NCBI GenBank assembly: GCA_021162845.1
Contig: JAGGXX010000007.1
Coordinates: forward strand, 11,361 to 75,360
DNA: 64,000 bases
Origin: Thermoprotei archaeon
GTDB lineage: Archaea; Thermoproteota; Thermoprotei; QMSL01; B3-G16
Direction: 5' to 3'
This document shows positions 1-9,539 of the stretch, one piece after another. Both the position numbers and the translations under genes were made by a program. Every line of letters begins with the position of its first letter. The first letter of the stretch is position 1. A model generated the notes under the pieces. The model did not search any database. It was not told where the DNA came from and saw only the letters and a program-made list of their open reading frames with translations.

Positions 1-484
1 CGATAACCGCATTAGCCACCAACGCCGATCCTAATTCGCTTCTCTCAATGGACTCCCAGTCACCAAGTGCTGACAATATATTGTTAAGAGATTCATTAAC
101 CTCCTCTTCGGAGAACCCCACCCAACGAGCTTCCATACCGACGAGGTCCAGCGCTAGCTCAATCAATACTTCATAGCATCTCTGCCTAACAATTACTTTA
201 CGCTTTTTCTCTTCATCGGAATCCTCGGGAAGTACCTTAGCCTTAATGAATTCTAAATTTAACCTACGAATCGTAGAGCTTAGAACGCTTACGAGTTTCC
301 CTCGCATCTCAGGATGCAATATATGATCTGCAGCTAACTTGGTATGTCCCATTAAGGCTGTTTTAACTATATGATCTGCGTGGTCAACTCTAGGAGAGAT
401 GGGAAACTTCAGCTTTTCGGGCCTACTTCCAAGCACTATAGACCGGGCATCGATATTTAAGGTACTAGTACCCACAGAGCCCAT
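1..484 (-). CDS. hypothetical protein, N-terminal 161 aa only (gene runs off the window start); helical, possibly PhoU-like
   Basis: Manual translation of the reverse strand from ATG at 484..482 is open to position 1 (MGSVGTSTLNIDARSIVLGSRPEKLKFPISPRVDHADHIVKTALMGH...). It is not in the supplied ORF track because it reaches the window edge. Same strand as the downstream FGGY kinase gene. Confidence 0.4.
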   Translation of the reverse strand, partial: MGSVGTSTLNIDARSIVLGSRPEKLKFPISPRVDHADHIVKTALMGHTKLAADHILHPEMRGKLVSVLSSTIRRLNLEFIKAKVLPEDSDEEKKRKVIVRQRCYEVLIELALDLVGMEARWVGFSEEEVNESLNNILSALGDWESIERSELGSALVANAVI

Positions 485-619
485 TTCTTTTCCACCTTTT
501 AAAGCGACAATCCAGAACTAATAAGTATTATATAGGAGTTATATCCTTTACCTTTCAATGAGCTCTCGCCTACCACGTCCTCTTTAACGCATGAACTACA
601 AGCAGTTAACCGTAAGGGA

Positions 620-2149
620 CTATATCTCCTCTCTGTAAACTTCAGTAAGTACGTTCTCCAATGTATTCGTAATCTTGAGATATGCGTTATAGAACTTCTC
701 ATATAATTTGCTCCATCTTTCAATAGGATCATGGTGGCTTATGTATGCTATCATATCTTTGACCGCTTCTTCAGCTGAATTGAACGCCCCCGTCCCAAGC
801 CCTGCCAAAATTGCTGCGCCTAAAGGTGCTGCATCTATTTCCCTAGGTATTATCACCCTTCTCCGCCATACACTTGCCTTTATAATACCCCAAAGCGTAC
901 TCCGCGCAGCACCACCTAATAGTACAACCTTATCGATTTCAAGGTTTAATTCGCCAAATACATCAAATATCTCCTTACATAGATAAGCTACACTTTCCAT
1001 TATGCATCTCGCTATATGAGCACGTGTATGACCTAAAGTTAGACCAAGTATCGCTCCCCTTAAGTATGGATTCCATCGAGGGGCATTAGCCCCCATGAAG
1101 AAAGGAAGCAGTATTAGACCATTTGATCCTGGATTCACTTTTTCCGCCTCTTTACTTATAATGTCGTAAGGATCTATGCCTTTCTTCATAGCCTCTTCAA
1201 CCTCTTTTAACGCTATGTTATCCCTAAACCATCGTAAAATAGCCCCAGTAGGGGTTGTTCCTGCTTCGAGAAGTCTAAGATCATCGATTACATGACATGA
1301 ACATAGAATCCTCCTTTTGGGATCCAGAACTACCTCGTCAACGCTCATTTTTATGTTAGTTGTTGTACCTGTAGTTTCTCCTACAATTCCATGCCTAACT
1401 ACACCTGCCCCCAGGGCCTCACAAGGTCTATCTCCACCACCATTTATAACGGGAATGCTCCTCCTAAGTCCCAGTTTCTTTACGTAATCCTCACGTACAT
1501 GTCCTATTATCTCATGAGATGGCATTATTTCAGGCAACTTATCTACGGAGAGCTCACATGACGAGATGATCTCTGTATCCCAATCTAACTTATGTATGTT
1601 AAAAAGTAATGTTCTTGAGGCCAGAGAGGGATCCGTACAAGCCTTTCCAGTTAATATGAAGTTTATAAACTCCTTAGGTTGAAGAAAAACATGAGCTTTC
1701 TCGTAAACTTCGGGCTTGTTTTCCTTAAGCCAAATTAATTTTGTAGCAGTAAACGTGGGGGCGAGTCTTAAACCAGTCTTTCCATAAATTTCCTCCTCAC
1801 TGATAGTACTTCTTATTTCTTCAGTCTGAGGTATGCTCCTCTCATCCATCCAAATAATACAACGATCCAGAGGCTCGCCATTTTTAGAAATAGGTACTAC
1901 GCCTTCCCGTTGCCCAGTCAAAGTCATACCGACTATTCTATAACCCTTTTTATACGCTTCTCTGATAACTGCGCGTGTGCTTAGGAAAAAGGCATCTAGC
2001 CAATCCTTAGGATCCTGCTCTGCCCATAAAGGTCTAGGATGATAAGTAGGGTATTCTACCTGAGAGTCCGCTATCCTGTTTCCATTAAGATCGTAGACTA
2101 TTGCCTTACAATTGGTAGTGCCTAAATCTACGCCTAAAAGGGCCTCCAT
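620..2149 (-). CDS. FGGY-family carbohydrate kinase (glycerol/xylulose kinase-like)
   Basis: N-terminal LLGVDLGTTNCKAIVYDL actin-like ATPase fold motif, and the 509-aa length is typical of FGGY kinases. Start placed at the internal Met MEALLGVD (2149) rather than the ORF-track start at 2254. Confidence 0.8.
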   Translation of the reverse strand: MEALLGVDLGTTNCKAIVYDLNGNRIADSQVEYPTYHPRPLWAEQDPKDWLDAFFLSTRAVIREAYKKGYRIVGMTLTGQREGVVPISKNGEPLDRCIIWMDERSIPQTEEIRSTISEEEIYGKTGLRLAPTFTATKLIWLKENKPEVYEKAHVFLQPKEFINFILTGKACTDPSLASRTLLFNIHKLDWDTEIISSCELSVDKLPEIMPSHEIIGHVREDYVKKLGLRRSIPVINGGGDRPCEALGAGVVRHGIVGETTGTTTNIKMSVDEVVLDPKRRILCSCHVIDDLRLLEAGTTPTGAILRWFRDNIALKEVEEAMKKGIDPYDIISKEAEKVNPGSNGLILLPFFMGANAPRWNPYLRGAILGLTLGHTRAHIARCIMESVAYLCKEIFDVFGELNLEIDKVVLLGGAARSTLWGIIKASVWRRRVIIPREIDAAPLGAAILAGLGTGAFNSAEEAVKDMIAYISHHDPIERWSKLYEKFYNAYLKITNTLENVLTEVYREEI

Positions 2150-2281
2150 ATCAAGAGAATTAAGGAACGTAGTCCTTAAAATTGTTGTAGCTCTGCTAAG
2201 GCCTATGAGTATTTGTGGGAACCACTTGCTGGGTGTCGAGCAGCATAGGGGCACTCTCTCGAGGATCCATAGGTAATGAAC

Positions 2282-3235
2282 TCATGTTATCCTCAACACC
2301 TCCTCATTTAATCTATCTATGAATTCCTCAAAGTACTTAACGGGCACCCGAGCTCCCGCCGCCCTTTTATGTCCTCCTCCCTCCACTGGAGTCTCCTTGG
2401 AAAGCTCACGTAACATCAAGTTAAGGTCTATTTTCTCATCGTTAGTCCTAAGGCTCATTATGATCGTGTCCTTCCGCACTTCACCCGCCAGTCCGATTCT
2501 AGTCTTGGCCAAGGCCCTAACATAAGTAGCAGCCCTGGAGACGCTACCGCTAGGGTTTAGCACGTAAGCTACATTACCTTTAACCTTAAGAGATTTCTTT
2601 ATCTCCTGGATCATCTCCTCTTCTGATACGCTCTCTATAAGGGCCCTTACGAGTAGTTCCGAGAGAGCGCTAGGAAGCCTGTTCTCACTCAAGTGTTTAA
2701 CTACATGGCGCTTGAAGTCGTACATTTTCCGGCTTCCCTCGAGCCCCTGACTTAAAACCCCAGCCTCGAAGTAGATGAGCCTCATATCCCAGTCCTCTAG
2801 GGCCCTTCTAGCAAAGGGGGTATCCGCCATGTAATCCGCTATGGCACCGTATAGTGCCACCCTATTATACTCCCACGGCAGTTTATCCTCAAAGAACCTA
2901 AACGTCAGCTCAGCCGCACAAGCACTAATATCGTGAACTACGATCCCAGGTAGCTCGTCCATTCCTAAACCTATTGGCTCGGGATGGTGATCTATGTAGA
3001 TGAACTCGCCTTTCCCTGAAATACTCGAGAAGATATCTATCAATGATTCGAGGTGCGACTCATTCAGTGCTATGTCGACTATTATGACATCATCGCCTGG
3101 CTTCACATTATCCCTCAAGTCCCCATAGAGCCCATGGGGATGGGTGAAGAATATCTCGGCCTCCCCTACAGCGGCCAATGCCAGAGCAGCTGAGGTAACG
3201 CCATCACCATCACCATGTGCGAATATCCACCTCAA
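2282..3235 (-). CDS. DHH-family phosphoesterase (NrnA-like, DHH + DHHA1)
   Basis: AHGDGDG, IDHHPEP and C-terminal GGGHKRAAG motifs. Confidence 0.8.
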   Translation of the reverse strand: MRWIFAHGDGDGVTSAALALAAVGEAEIFFTHPHGLYGDLRDNVKPGDDVIIVDIALNESHLESLIDIFSSISGKGEFIYIDHHPEPIGLGMDELPGIVVHDISACAAELTFRFFEDKLPWEYNRVALYGAIADYMADTPFARRALEDWDMRLIYFEAGVLSQGLEGSRKMYDFKRHVVKHLSENRLPSALSELLVRALIESVSEEEMIQEIKKSLKVKGNVAYVLNPSGSVSRAATYVRALAKTRIGLAGEVRKDTIIMSLRTNDEKIDLNLMLRELSKETPVEGGGHKRAAGARVPVKYFEEFIDRLNEEVLRIT

Positions 3236-3341
3236 GGTATCCCCCGTCCTTTATTTGACCTTCCTCACGCCTTAAGGATTATCACCTCCCGTATATTGAT
3301 CGCTAAGTTTAACTAGCTCTATCATCAATTCAGGAACGAGC

Positions 3342-4442
3342 ATGAGTTGGCGCCTTGGCAAATGGAGCAAGCTCATATTAGAATGTGATTTTGATAAGGT
3401 CGAAGTACCTATATTCAAGGCATCGGCTAGGGGTAAGCAGATCCCCCTCCTTAAGACGCTATTATCGAATTACTGTACTAATCAGTGCATGTACTGTCCC
3501 TTTCGATTGGGCTGTTCCAAGGAGAAGCTGACATGGGATTTGGAGAGGCTAACGAGGGTAACCTTTAAACTATGGAAGGATCGAAGGATAGAGGGCCTCT
3601 TCCTCTCAAGTAGTATTCCACGTGACCCAGATCAAGTAGTGGAGTGGGAGGTAGAGGTAGCTGAGAGGCTGCGCAAGATGGGCTTCAACGGATATATACA
3701 CCTAAGGTTAATGCCTGGAACCAGCCGTGATCTAATATGGCGTGCAGCAGAGGTTGCTGATAGAATTGGCGTGAACCTAGAAGCACCGACGAGGGATATC
3801 TTCGATGAGCTAGCTCCCGGGAAAGCGGATTATCGAAATGATATCCTGAAGAGACTCGAGTGGGCATCTCAGGCTGAGCGAGCGCTTAGGGATAAAGGTA
3901 GGCTCAGTGATTACGGGTATCTTAAAGCCGGGATAGACACCCAGATGATAATAGGAGCCGTTGAGGAGGACAAAGATATGGATTACGTGCTAGCTACCTA
4001 TGACCTCTATAGGAAGCTCGGCTTAAGACGCGTCTATTATAGCGGGTTCAGGCCCGTGAGGGGGACACCGCTCGAGGATAGACCTCCCTGTCCCTCTGAA
4101 AGGGAGCTTAGGCTATATCGGGTATCATTTCTGATAAGGGATTACGGCTTCTCACCTGCAGAGCTAAGCAGCATTATGCAGGATGGCATGCTCCCCAACG
4201 AAGATCCCAAGTTGGTCTTTGCTCAAGCTAACCCCCATCTTTACCCTATAGATCCCAATGAGGCCACCTTTGAGGAACTGCTGAAAGTTCCCGGCATAGG
4301 CCCTATCGGCGCCAAGAAGCTGCTAAGGCTCAGGGATGCCAAAGGATGCATTACTGTTTACGATGTAATGCGCGTGCTAGGTCGTGCTAGGGCTAGGCTC
4401 GCGATTAAGTACCTCGATGTACGCTATCAGGGCCTTGTATGA
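3342..4442 (+). CDS. radical SAM protein with C-terminal helix-hairpin-helix (putative DNA modification/repair radical SAM family)
   Basis: CTNQCMYC (CX3CX2C) cluster motif near the N-terminus; LLKVPGIGPIGAKKLL HhH motif near the C-terminus. Confidence 0.7.
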   Translation: MSWRLGKWSKLILECDFDKVEVPIFKASARGKQIPLLKTLLSNYCTNQCMYCPFRLGCSKEKLTWDLERLTRVTFKLWKDRRIEGLFLSSSIPRDPDQVVEWEVEVAERLRKMGFNGYIHLRLMPGTSRDLIWRAAEVADRIGVNLEAPTRDIFDELAPGKADYRNDILKRLEWASQAERALRDKGRLSDYGYLKAGIDTQMIIGAVEEDKDMDYVLATYDLYRKLGLRRVYYSGFRPVRGTPLEDRPPCPSERELRLYRVSFLIRDYGFSPAELSSIMQDGMLPNEDPKLVFAQANPHLYPIDPNEATFEELLKVPGIGPIGAKKLLRLRDAKGCITVYDVMRVLGRARARLAIKYLDVRYQGLV

Positions 4443-4758
4443 GCTCGTGTATCACTTTCCTCGTGCTCCTAATGAAGTATGAGTCCCCCTCCTTATCTAT
4501 CGTAACGCCGACTTTGTTGAGCCTTTCGAGTTGGGACCTCTGCTCGAGTATGGCTCTCACGGCGTCCATTAGCCTCGGGTATTCCGGTAATGGCTCGTGA
4601 TAGTGGAAGAGTGAGTCCAAGGATATCCTCACCTGTCTCTGCCCTATTATCCCTGTGATGCTGAGGATGCGCGCTCCATGCCTACTGAGGTACCTTTTAA
4701 GCGCTATTAATAGGACCTCCCAGGCCTCAGGCATATCTACATCAGCTAAATATAACAT
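4405..4758 (-). CDS. small hypothetical protein (117 aa)
   Basis: Open frame only. Convergent with the radical SAM gene, overlapping its 3' end by 38 nt. No recognisable motif. Confidence 0.3.
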   Translation of the reverse strand: MLYLADVDMPEAWEVLLIALKRYLSRHGARILSITGIIGQRQVRISLDSLFHYHEPLPEYPRLMDAVRAILEQRSQLERLNKVGVTIDKEGDSYFIRSTRKVIHELIQGPDSVHRGT

Positions 4759-4789
4759 ACTCCGTCAGATATAATCCCTGGGACGTTCT

Positions 4790-6370
4790 ATGGGAGAGCT
4801 CGAGGTTTTATCAAGTTCTCAGGTCAGGCTCCTGGATGAGAACTCGATGGCATTAGGCATATCACCTTTACAGCTCATGGAAGCTGCTGGTAAGAGTGTA
4901 GCGGACTTCATAGCGTCGAAGATAGATATGAGGGGTAAGAGGGCAGTAGTCGTATGCGGTACGGGGAATAACGGTGGTGATGGCTTCGTTACAGCTAGGT
5001 ACTTGGCTAGTATGGGCTCTCATGTCACGGTTATCTTACTGGGGAGGGAGAGCGACATAAGGACTGAGGAGGCGAGGAGGAATTGGTCGATATTGAAAGG
5101 CCTCAGGCTCACGGTTAAGCTATACGAGGCTCCCGATGAGGAACATCTAATGAGGATCAAGGACTTGATACTAGGTGCTGACATCATAGTTGATGCCATC
5201 TTCGGTATAGGCTTTAAGGGCATGGCTCGCCCTCCCCATTCCACGGCCATTAGGCTCATGAACCAGAGTAAGGGGTTTAAGGTCGCTGTAGATATACCAT
5301 CAGGGCTTGAAGCCGATACGGCAGAGGTACATGGTGAAGCCTTTAAGGCACATGCTACTATAACCTTTCAGGCTGTTAAGCCAAGCTTACTGAAGGTGAA
5401 GGAATACGTCGGTGAACTCATCGTAGCTAGAATAGGGATTCCAATCGAAGCGATGTACCTAGTGGGATTGAGTGATGTTAGGAGGTGCTTTAAGAAACGT
5501 GATATCTTCGCTAAGAAGGGCGATCATGGCAGGGTGGTGATAGTAGGCGGTTCGGTCAATTACACAGGTGCTCCAGCCCTCGCCGCCTTTGCGGCCCTTA
5601 AGATGGGAGTTGACCTAGCCTTGATCTTAACCCCCAAAGAGGCCGTGGCACCGATAAGGGCTTATTCCCCTGACCTAATAGTGACTCCCTTAAGTAGTCG
5701 AGAGAACCTCTCCTTAAGCGATGTACCCTTAGTACTATCGGCATGCGAGCGAGCTGACGCCCTGATCATAGGGCCGGGCTTAGGCCTTCATGAGGAGACG
5801 GTGAGATCAGTTAGGGAGATAGTGGCTAAGGTTGAAGTGCCTATGATCATAGATGCTGATGCCCTAAAAGCCCTTAGCGGATACCTAGATCTAATCAAGG
5901 GGAAAAGGGCAGTCCTCACCCCTCACTCCAAGGAATTCGAGATATTGACGGGCATCCCATTCCCTCCGCCTGAGGATCTTCAAGGGAGACTAAGGGTTGC
6001 TAAGGATGTCGCTAAGGAATACGCCTTAACCTTCCTGGTGAAGGGAAGGGAGGACGTGATAACGGATGGGCAAAGGGTTAAGGTGAACATGACGGGTAAT
6101 GCGCTCATGACTGTAGGTGGCACTGGAGATGTGCTGACGGGCATCATAGCCGCCCTAATCGCCAATGGAATTGCACCATTTGAAGCTGCTTGTGCGGGAG
6201 CCTTCATAAATGGGTTAGCGGGGGATATCGTTGCCTCTCATAAAGTGTTCATCACGGCTAGAACGCTCATAGAATTCATTCAAGATGCAGTAAAGCTCAT
6301 ATTGAAGGATTTTCAGGTGGTGGAGAGATCACAAGTATTTAACGCATTGTTCTCCAAAGGTGGATCATGA
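4790..6370 (+). CDS. nnr: bifunctional NAD(P)H-hydrate repair enzyme Nnr (YjeF-N epimerase + ADP-dependent dehydratase)
   Basis: VVVCGTGNNGGDGFV (YjeF-N domain) and GDHGRVVIVGGS...GAPALAAFAALKMGVDLA (carbohydrate-kinase-like C-terminal domain). Confidence 0.85.
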   Translation: MGELEVLSSSQVRLLDENSMALGISPLQLMEAAGKSVADFIASKIDMRGKRAVVVCGTGNNGGDGFVTARYLASMGSHVTVILLGRESDIRTEEARRNWSILKGLRLTVKLYEAPDEEHLMRIKDLILGADIIVDAIFGIGFKGMARPPHSTAIRLMNQSKGFKVAVDIPSGLEADTAEVHGEAFKAHATITFQAVKPSLLKVKEYVGELIVARIGIPIEAMYLVGLSDVRRCFKKRDIFAKKGDHGRVVIVGGSVNYTGAPALAAFAALKMGVDLALILTPKEAVAPIRAYSPDLIVTPLSSRENLSLSDVPLVLSACERADALIIGPGLGLHEETVRSVREIVAKVEVPMIIDADALKALSGYLDLIKGKRAVLTPHSKEFEILTGIPFPPPEDLQGRLRVAKDVAKEYALTFLVKGREDVITDGQRVKVNMTGNALMTVGGTGDVLTGIIAALIANGIAPFEAACAGAFINGLAGDIVASHKVFITARTLIEFIQDAVKLILKDFQVVERSQVFNALFSKGGS

Positions 6371-6467
6371 GCTCCTTCCCCCCAAGGAGGCCTGGTTTAC
6401 TGAGGATGCACTCGAGATATTTAAAGAGGGACGGTAAGTAGGTTCGACATAATCTCTGAGATGCTAG

Positions 6468-7424
6468 TTACGTCAGTTGCAGATTCTCAGGCCTTATGTT
6501 ACTTTGTCTCCTGATCAGGTTCATGGCTTCATCAATGGTAGGAACGCCTTCTATCGCCCCTACATGCATACACTTTAGAGAAGCCACGGCATTTGCCAGT
6601 GCTAGGACATCCCCTAAATCGCGGTTACGTAGGTAGCCATAGATCACAGCCGCATTCCATACATCACCAGCGCCCACTGTATCCTTAACCGGCACGTCAT
6701 AGGTTTCCATGAAGCATCCCCTCTCGCCTCTGATGAGCGCTCCTCCCCTCCTCCCCATCTTCACGCCTATTAGCCTTACGCCCCTCCTCCTCATCTCCAT
6801 ACCTATCCTCCTCAGATCGCGTGTGCCCAATATGAACTCATATTCCCTGAGCGTGGCCAGTACTATGTCAGAGAGGGAAATCAATTTCTCATATATCTCC
6901 CTAGCTACTTCCTCGCTCTCCCAGACATCGGGCCTATAGGTCGGATCGAATGATACTTTGACGTTATTCTCATGGGCGTACTTCACGAGCTCAAGTATAT
7001 TGCTTCTCGCGGGTTCCTGAGAGAGGGCAAATCCAGAGACATGAAGCACTTTAGCTCCTCTAACGTATTCGAAGTCGTCTTCATTTAGTACGAGCTCCGT
7101 GTCCGCTGTGGGAAGCCATGGTTTTCGGTAGAAGAAAAATTCCCTTTCGCCGTGAGGAAGCCTTACGACGAAAGCTATCGTCGTGCGCTTCCCTTTTACT
7201 CTCTTTACGTGGCTTACATCTACACCTCTCTCCTCTAACGTGTTAAATAGAAAACGCCCTAGTGGATCGTCGCCTACAGCAGCTATCGCTCCTACCCGCA
7301 AGCCAAGCCTAGCACATGCAACGGCGCAATTCATGGGAGCACCTCCAAAGCGCATGTTGTACAGATCTGTATCCACGGGTATCATGTCCACGAGTATTTC
7401 ACCTACACTAACGACGTCAACCAT
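6468..7424 (-). CDS. PfkB-family sugar kinase (ribokinase/KDG-kinase-like)
   Basis: N-terminal VVSVGEILVDMI, GGAPMNCAVACARLG, and C-terminal TVGAGDVWNAAVIYG PfkB signature. Confidence 0.8.
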   Translation of the reverse strand: MVDVVSVGEILVDMIPVDTDLYNMRFGGAPMNCAVACARLGLRVGAIAAVGDDPLGRFLFNTLEERGVDVSHVKRVKGKRTTIAFVVRLPHGEREFFFYRKPWLPTADTELVLNEDDFEYVRGAKVLHVSGFALSQEPARSNILELVKYAHENNVKVSFDPTYRPDVWESEEVAREIYEKLISLSDIVLATLREYEFILGTRDLRRIGMEMRRRGVRLIGVKMGRRGGALIRGERGCFMETYDVPVKDTVGAGDVWNAAVIYGYLRNRDLGDVLALANAVASLKCMHVGAIEGVPTIDEAMNLIRRQSNIRPENLQLT

Positions 7425-7471
7425 AGTTCCCCCTTATGATCTATGAAGACCTCAAGCTAAAAAATCATTAG

Positions 7472-7874
7472 TTAGTCTAAGCGCATGAGGAATTTAGTCA
7501 GTACCTTAGCGGCGGTAGCATAGGCCTCCTTTCTCAAAGCCCTCAAATCTTCGATTAAATCTTCGTATCCCTCCTTTTTGGCTATATACTCCATGTTCTT
7601 AATAGCGCTTAAACATGTGAATAGCGACTCGCTTAGTAATCCACATGAAGCGCACATAGGCCTTCTCGCCCTCTCCCTTATCTCCTTTATGAGCTTCCAC
7701 ATCCTGCTAATATACCTCTGGTAATCATCGTGCATGACCCTTTTCACGAAAGAACAGTCAACGCAATAACCCTGCGCTTGATCGGTACATTCATCACAAA
7801 TAACCCTATGGCATCGAGGACAGATCCTGATCGCCTTACGCCTACCGCATAGTTCGCAGATAACAATAGTTCAT
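7472..7874 (-). CDS. zinc-ribbon protein (4 x CxxC) with a frameshift at codon 2 (possible pseudogene or sequencing indel)
   Basis: The ORF-track ORF 7472..7747 is open upstream to 7870 and encodes ICELCGRRKAIRICPRCHRVICDECTDQAQGYCVDCSF. The only ATG (7874..7872) is in the +1 frame (atgAactatt); removing one A gives MTIVICELCG... Confidence 0.45.
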
Positions 7875-7950
7875 CACCTCACAATAGGCCTATATATTTT
7901 CAGAGAAAATAATATTAGTCTTATTCGAATAAATATATTGGTGCTAGTTT

Positions 7951-8979
7951 ATGGTAAAACGGAACCTTAGAAAGGTACAGATGACCGGGGGCTCAACGCT
8001 GATAGTCTCATTACCTAAGGAGTGGGTTCGAAATGTGGGCCTAACCCCTGGTAGCTACGTAACGGTTCAGGTTCAACCCGATGGCTCCCTTAGGATAACC
8101 CCTGTCTCCAGGTTAGAGAAAAAGTCGTTTGAGGCTTTCATGTGTGTGACCGAGGACATGTCCCCCTCCATGGTCATAAGGGAATTCCTCTCGCGTTACT
8201 TAGCTGGTTATGACCTCATACGCGTTGAGTTTAAGGAGGAAGGGAAGAAGCACAGGTATGTAATAAAGCACGCTGTGGAACGTAAGATGATAGGGATGGA
8301 AGTCATCGAGGAGTCCGAGGATGGGATGATCGTGCAGTGCCTGGCGGCTCACTCAGAACTACCCGTAAGGATCGCGCTTAGAAGGATGTCCAACATAACG
8401 CTCTCGATGCTTAACGATCTACTTAAGAACCTACGAGAGGGGCGGTGGGATGCGCTTAAGGATCTCCCTCCTAGGGATGATAACGTAGACAAGTTCTATA
8501 CGTTCATACTCCGGCAACTTAAAATGACCATGATAGGAATTCTAGCGCCTGAGGATATAGGCGCTAAAGACCTACGGGAGTGCCTAGGCCTTCGTTTGGT
8601 CATAAAGAGCGTGGAGAGGATCGCGGATCACATAGCTAACTCCGCCAAATACTTGAGCAGCATCAAGGAGAGGCCTCCTCACCAGCTCATCTTAAAGCTA
8701 TATGAGCTCGGTGAGGCGGCGAAGAAACTCTACGTGAAGGCCATTGATGCCTTCTTCAAATTCGACGTCATACTGGCGCATGAAGCAGCTGATAACATAA
8801 ACTACGTATATAACCTTGAAAATGAGACAATAGTTTCCGTCATAACCAAGGTCAAGGAGGTAGAAGATGCTACACTCCTTAGGCTAGTTGCCGAGAGCAT
8901 GAGGAGAATCGCTGACTATAGCACGGACATATGCGAGATAACGATAAACTTAAACATCACTCCCCCTAAGAGAGTGTAG
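7951..8979 (+). CDS. AbrB/SpoVT-PhoU fusion regulator (phosphate-uptake-regulator-like)
   Basis: N-terminal swapped-hairpin motif GGSTLIVSLPKEWVRNVGLTPGSYVTV, then PhoU-like helical repeats (RIADHIANSAKY). Confidence 0.75.
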   Translation: MVKRNLRKVQMTGGSTLIVSLPKEWVRNVGLTPGSYVTVQVQPDGSLRITPVSRLEKKSFEAFMCVTEDMSPSMVIREFLSRYLAGYDLIRVEFKEEGKKHRYVIKHAVERKMIGMEVIEESEDGMIVQCLAAHSELPVRIALRRMSNITLSMLNDLLKNLREGRWDALKDLPPRDDNVDKFYTFILRQLKMTMIGILAPEDIGAKDLRECLGLRLVIKSVERIADHIANSAKYLSSIKERPPHQLILKLYELGEAAKKLYVKAIDAFFKFDVILAHEAADNINYVYNLENETIVSVITKVKEVEDATLLRLVAESMRRIADYSTDICEITINLNITPPKRV

Positions 8980-9008
8980 GATCCTCACATGATTAGGAGG
9001 TCATACTG

Positions 9009-9539
9009 ATGAAGGTCGAAAGGTCATTAAGCGAGGTCGTATCTCCTACGCTAAAAGCCCTCAAGAACCCTGGACTGCTCCTGGTATCCGTAGACGAAAA
9101 CGGAAGGCCTAACGCTATGACCATAGGCTGGGGCTTCGCGGGCATTCTATGGGGACGCCCGTATTTCATCGTTGCAGTACGTCCCTCCCGCTTCACCTTC
9201 TCGCTTATAGAGAAGACGAGTGACTTCACGGTGAACGTACCTAGGAAGGGCATGGAGCAGGCGGTCAGCTTCTGTGGAACGGTCTCGGGTAGGGATTACG
9301 ATAAGTTTAAGGAGTGCGGCTTTACCTCCTGTCCCTCTAAGTTCGTGCGATCCCCTGTAATAGAGGAGTGCGTGATCCACTATGAGTGTAAAGTGGCCTA
9401 TAAGCATAGATTAAGCGAGGCGGGAATTTCCTCAGGCATAATATCCCAGTGGTATCCCGGGGGCGATCTTCACACGCTGTACTTCGGCGAAATCCTAGCC
9501 ATATATGCCGATGAGGATTATGAAAGATCGCTACCTTAG
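9009..9539 (+). CDS. flavin reductase-like FMN-binding split-barrel protein
   Basis: LLLVSVDENGRPNAMTIGWGF...YFIVAVRPSRFT pattern of the flavin reductase-like domain. Confidence 0.65.
   Translation: MKVERSLSEVVSPTLKALKNPGLLLVSVDENGRPNAMTIGWGFAGILWGRPYFIVAVRPSRFTFSLIEKTSDFTVNVPRKGMEQAVSFCGTVSGRDYDKFKECGFTSCPSKFVRSPVIEECVIHYECKVAYKHRLSEAGISSGIISQWYPGGDLHTLYFGEILAIYADEDYERSLP

Noticed and set aside
499-986. ORF-track ORFs 499..732(-) and 708..986(+), and similar antisense or embedded ORFs such as 20265..20582, 20622..20900, 15122..15370, 35148..35818, 12134..12331 and 27753..28130.
   Set aside because: They lie antisense to or inside strongly supported genes (FGGY kinase, ZIP, ABC ATPase, large surface protein, GH4). 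They have low-complexity Ser/Pro/Leu-rich translations typical of shadow ORFs.
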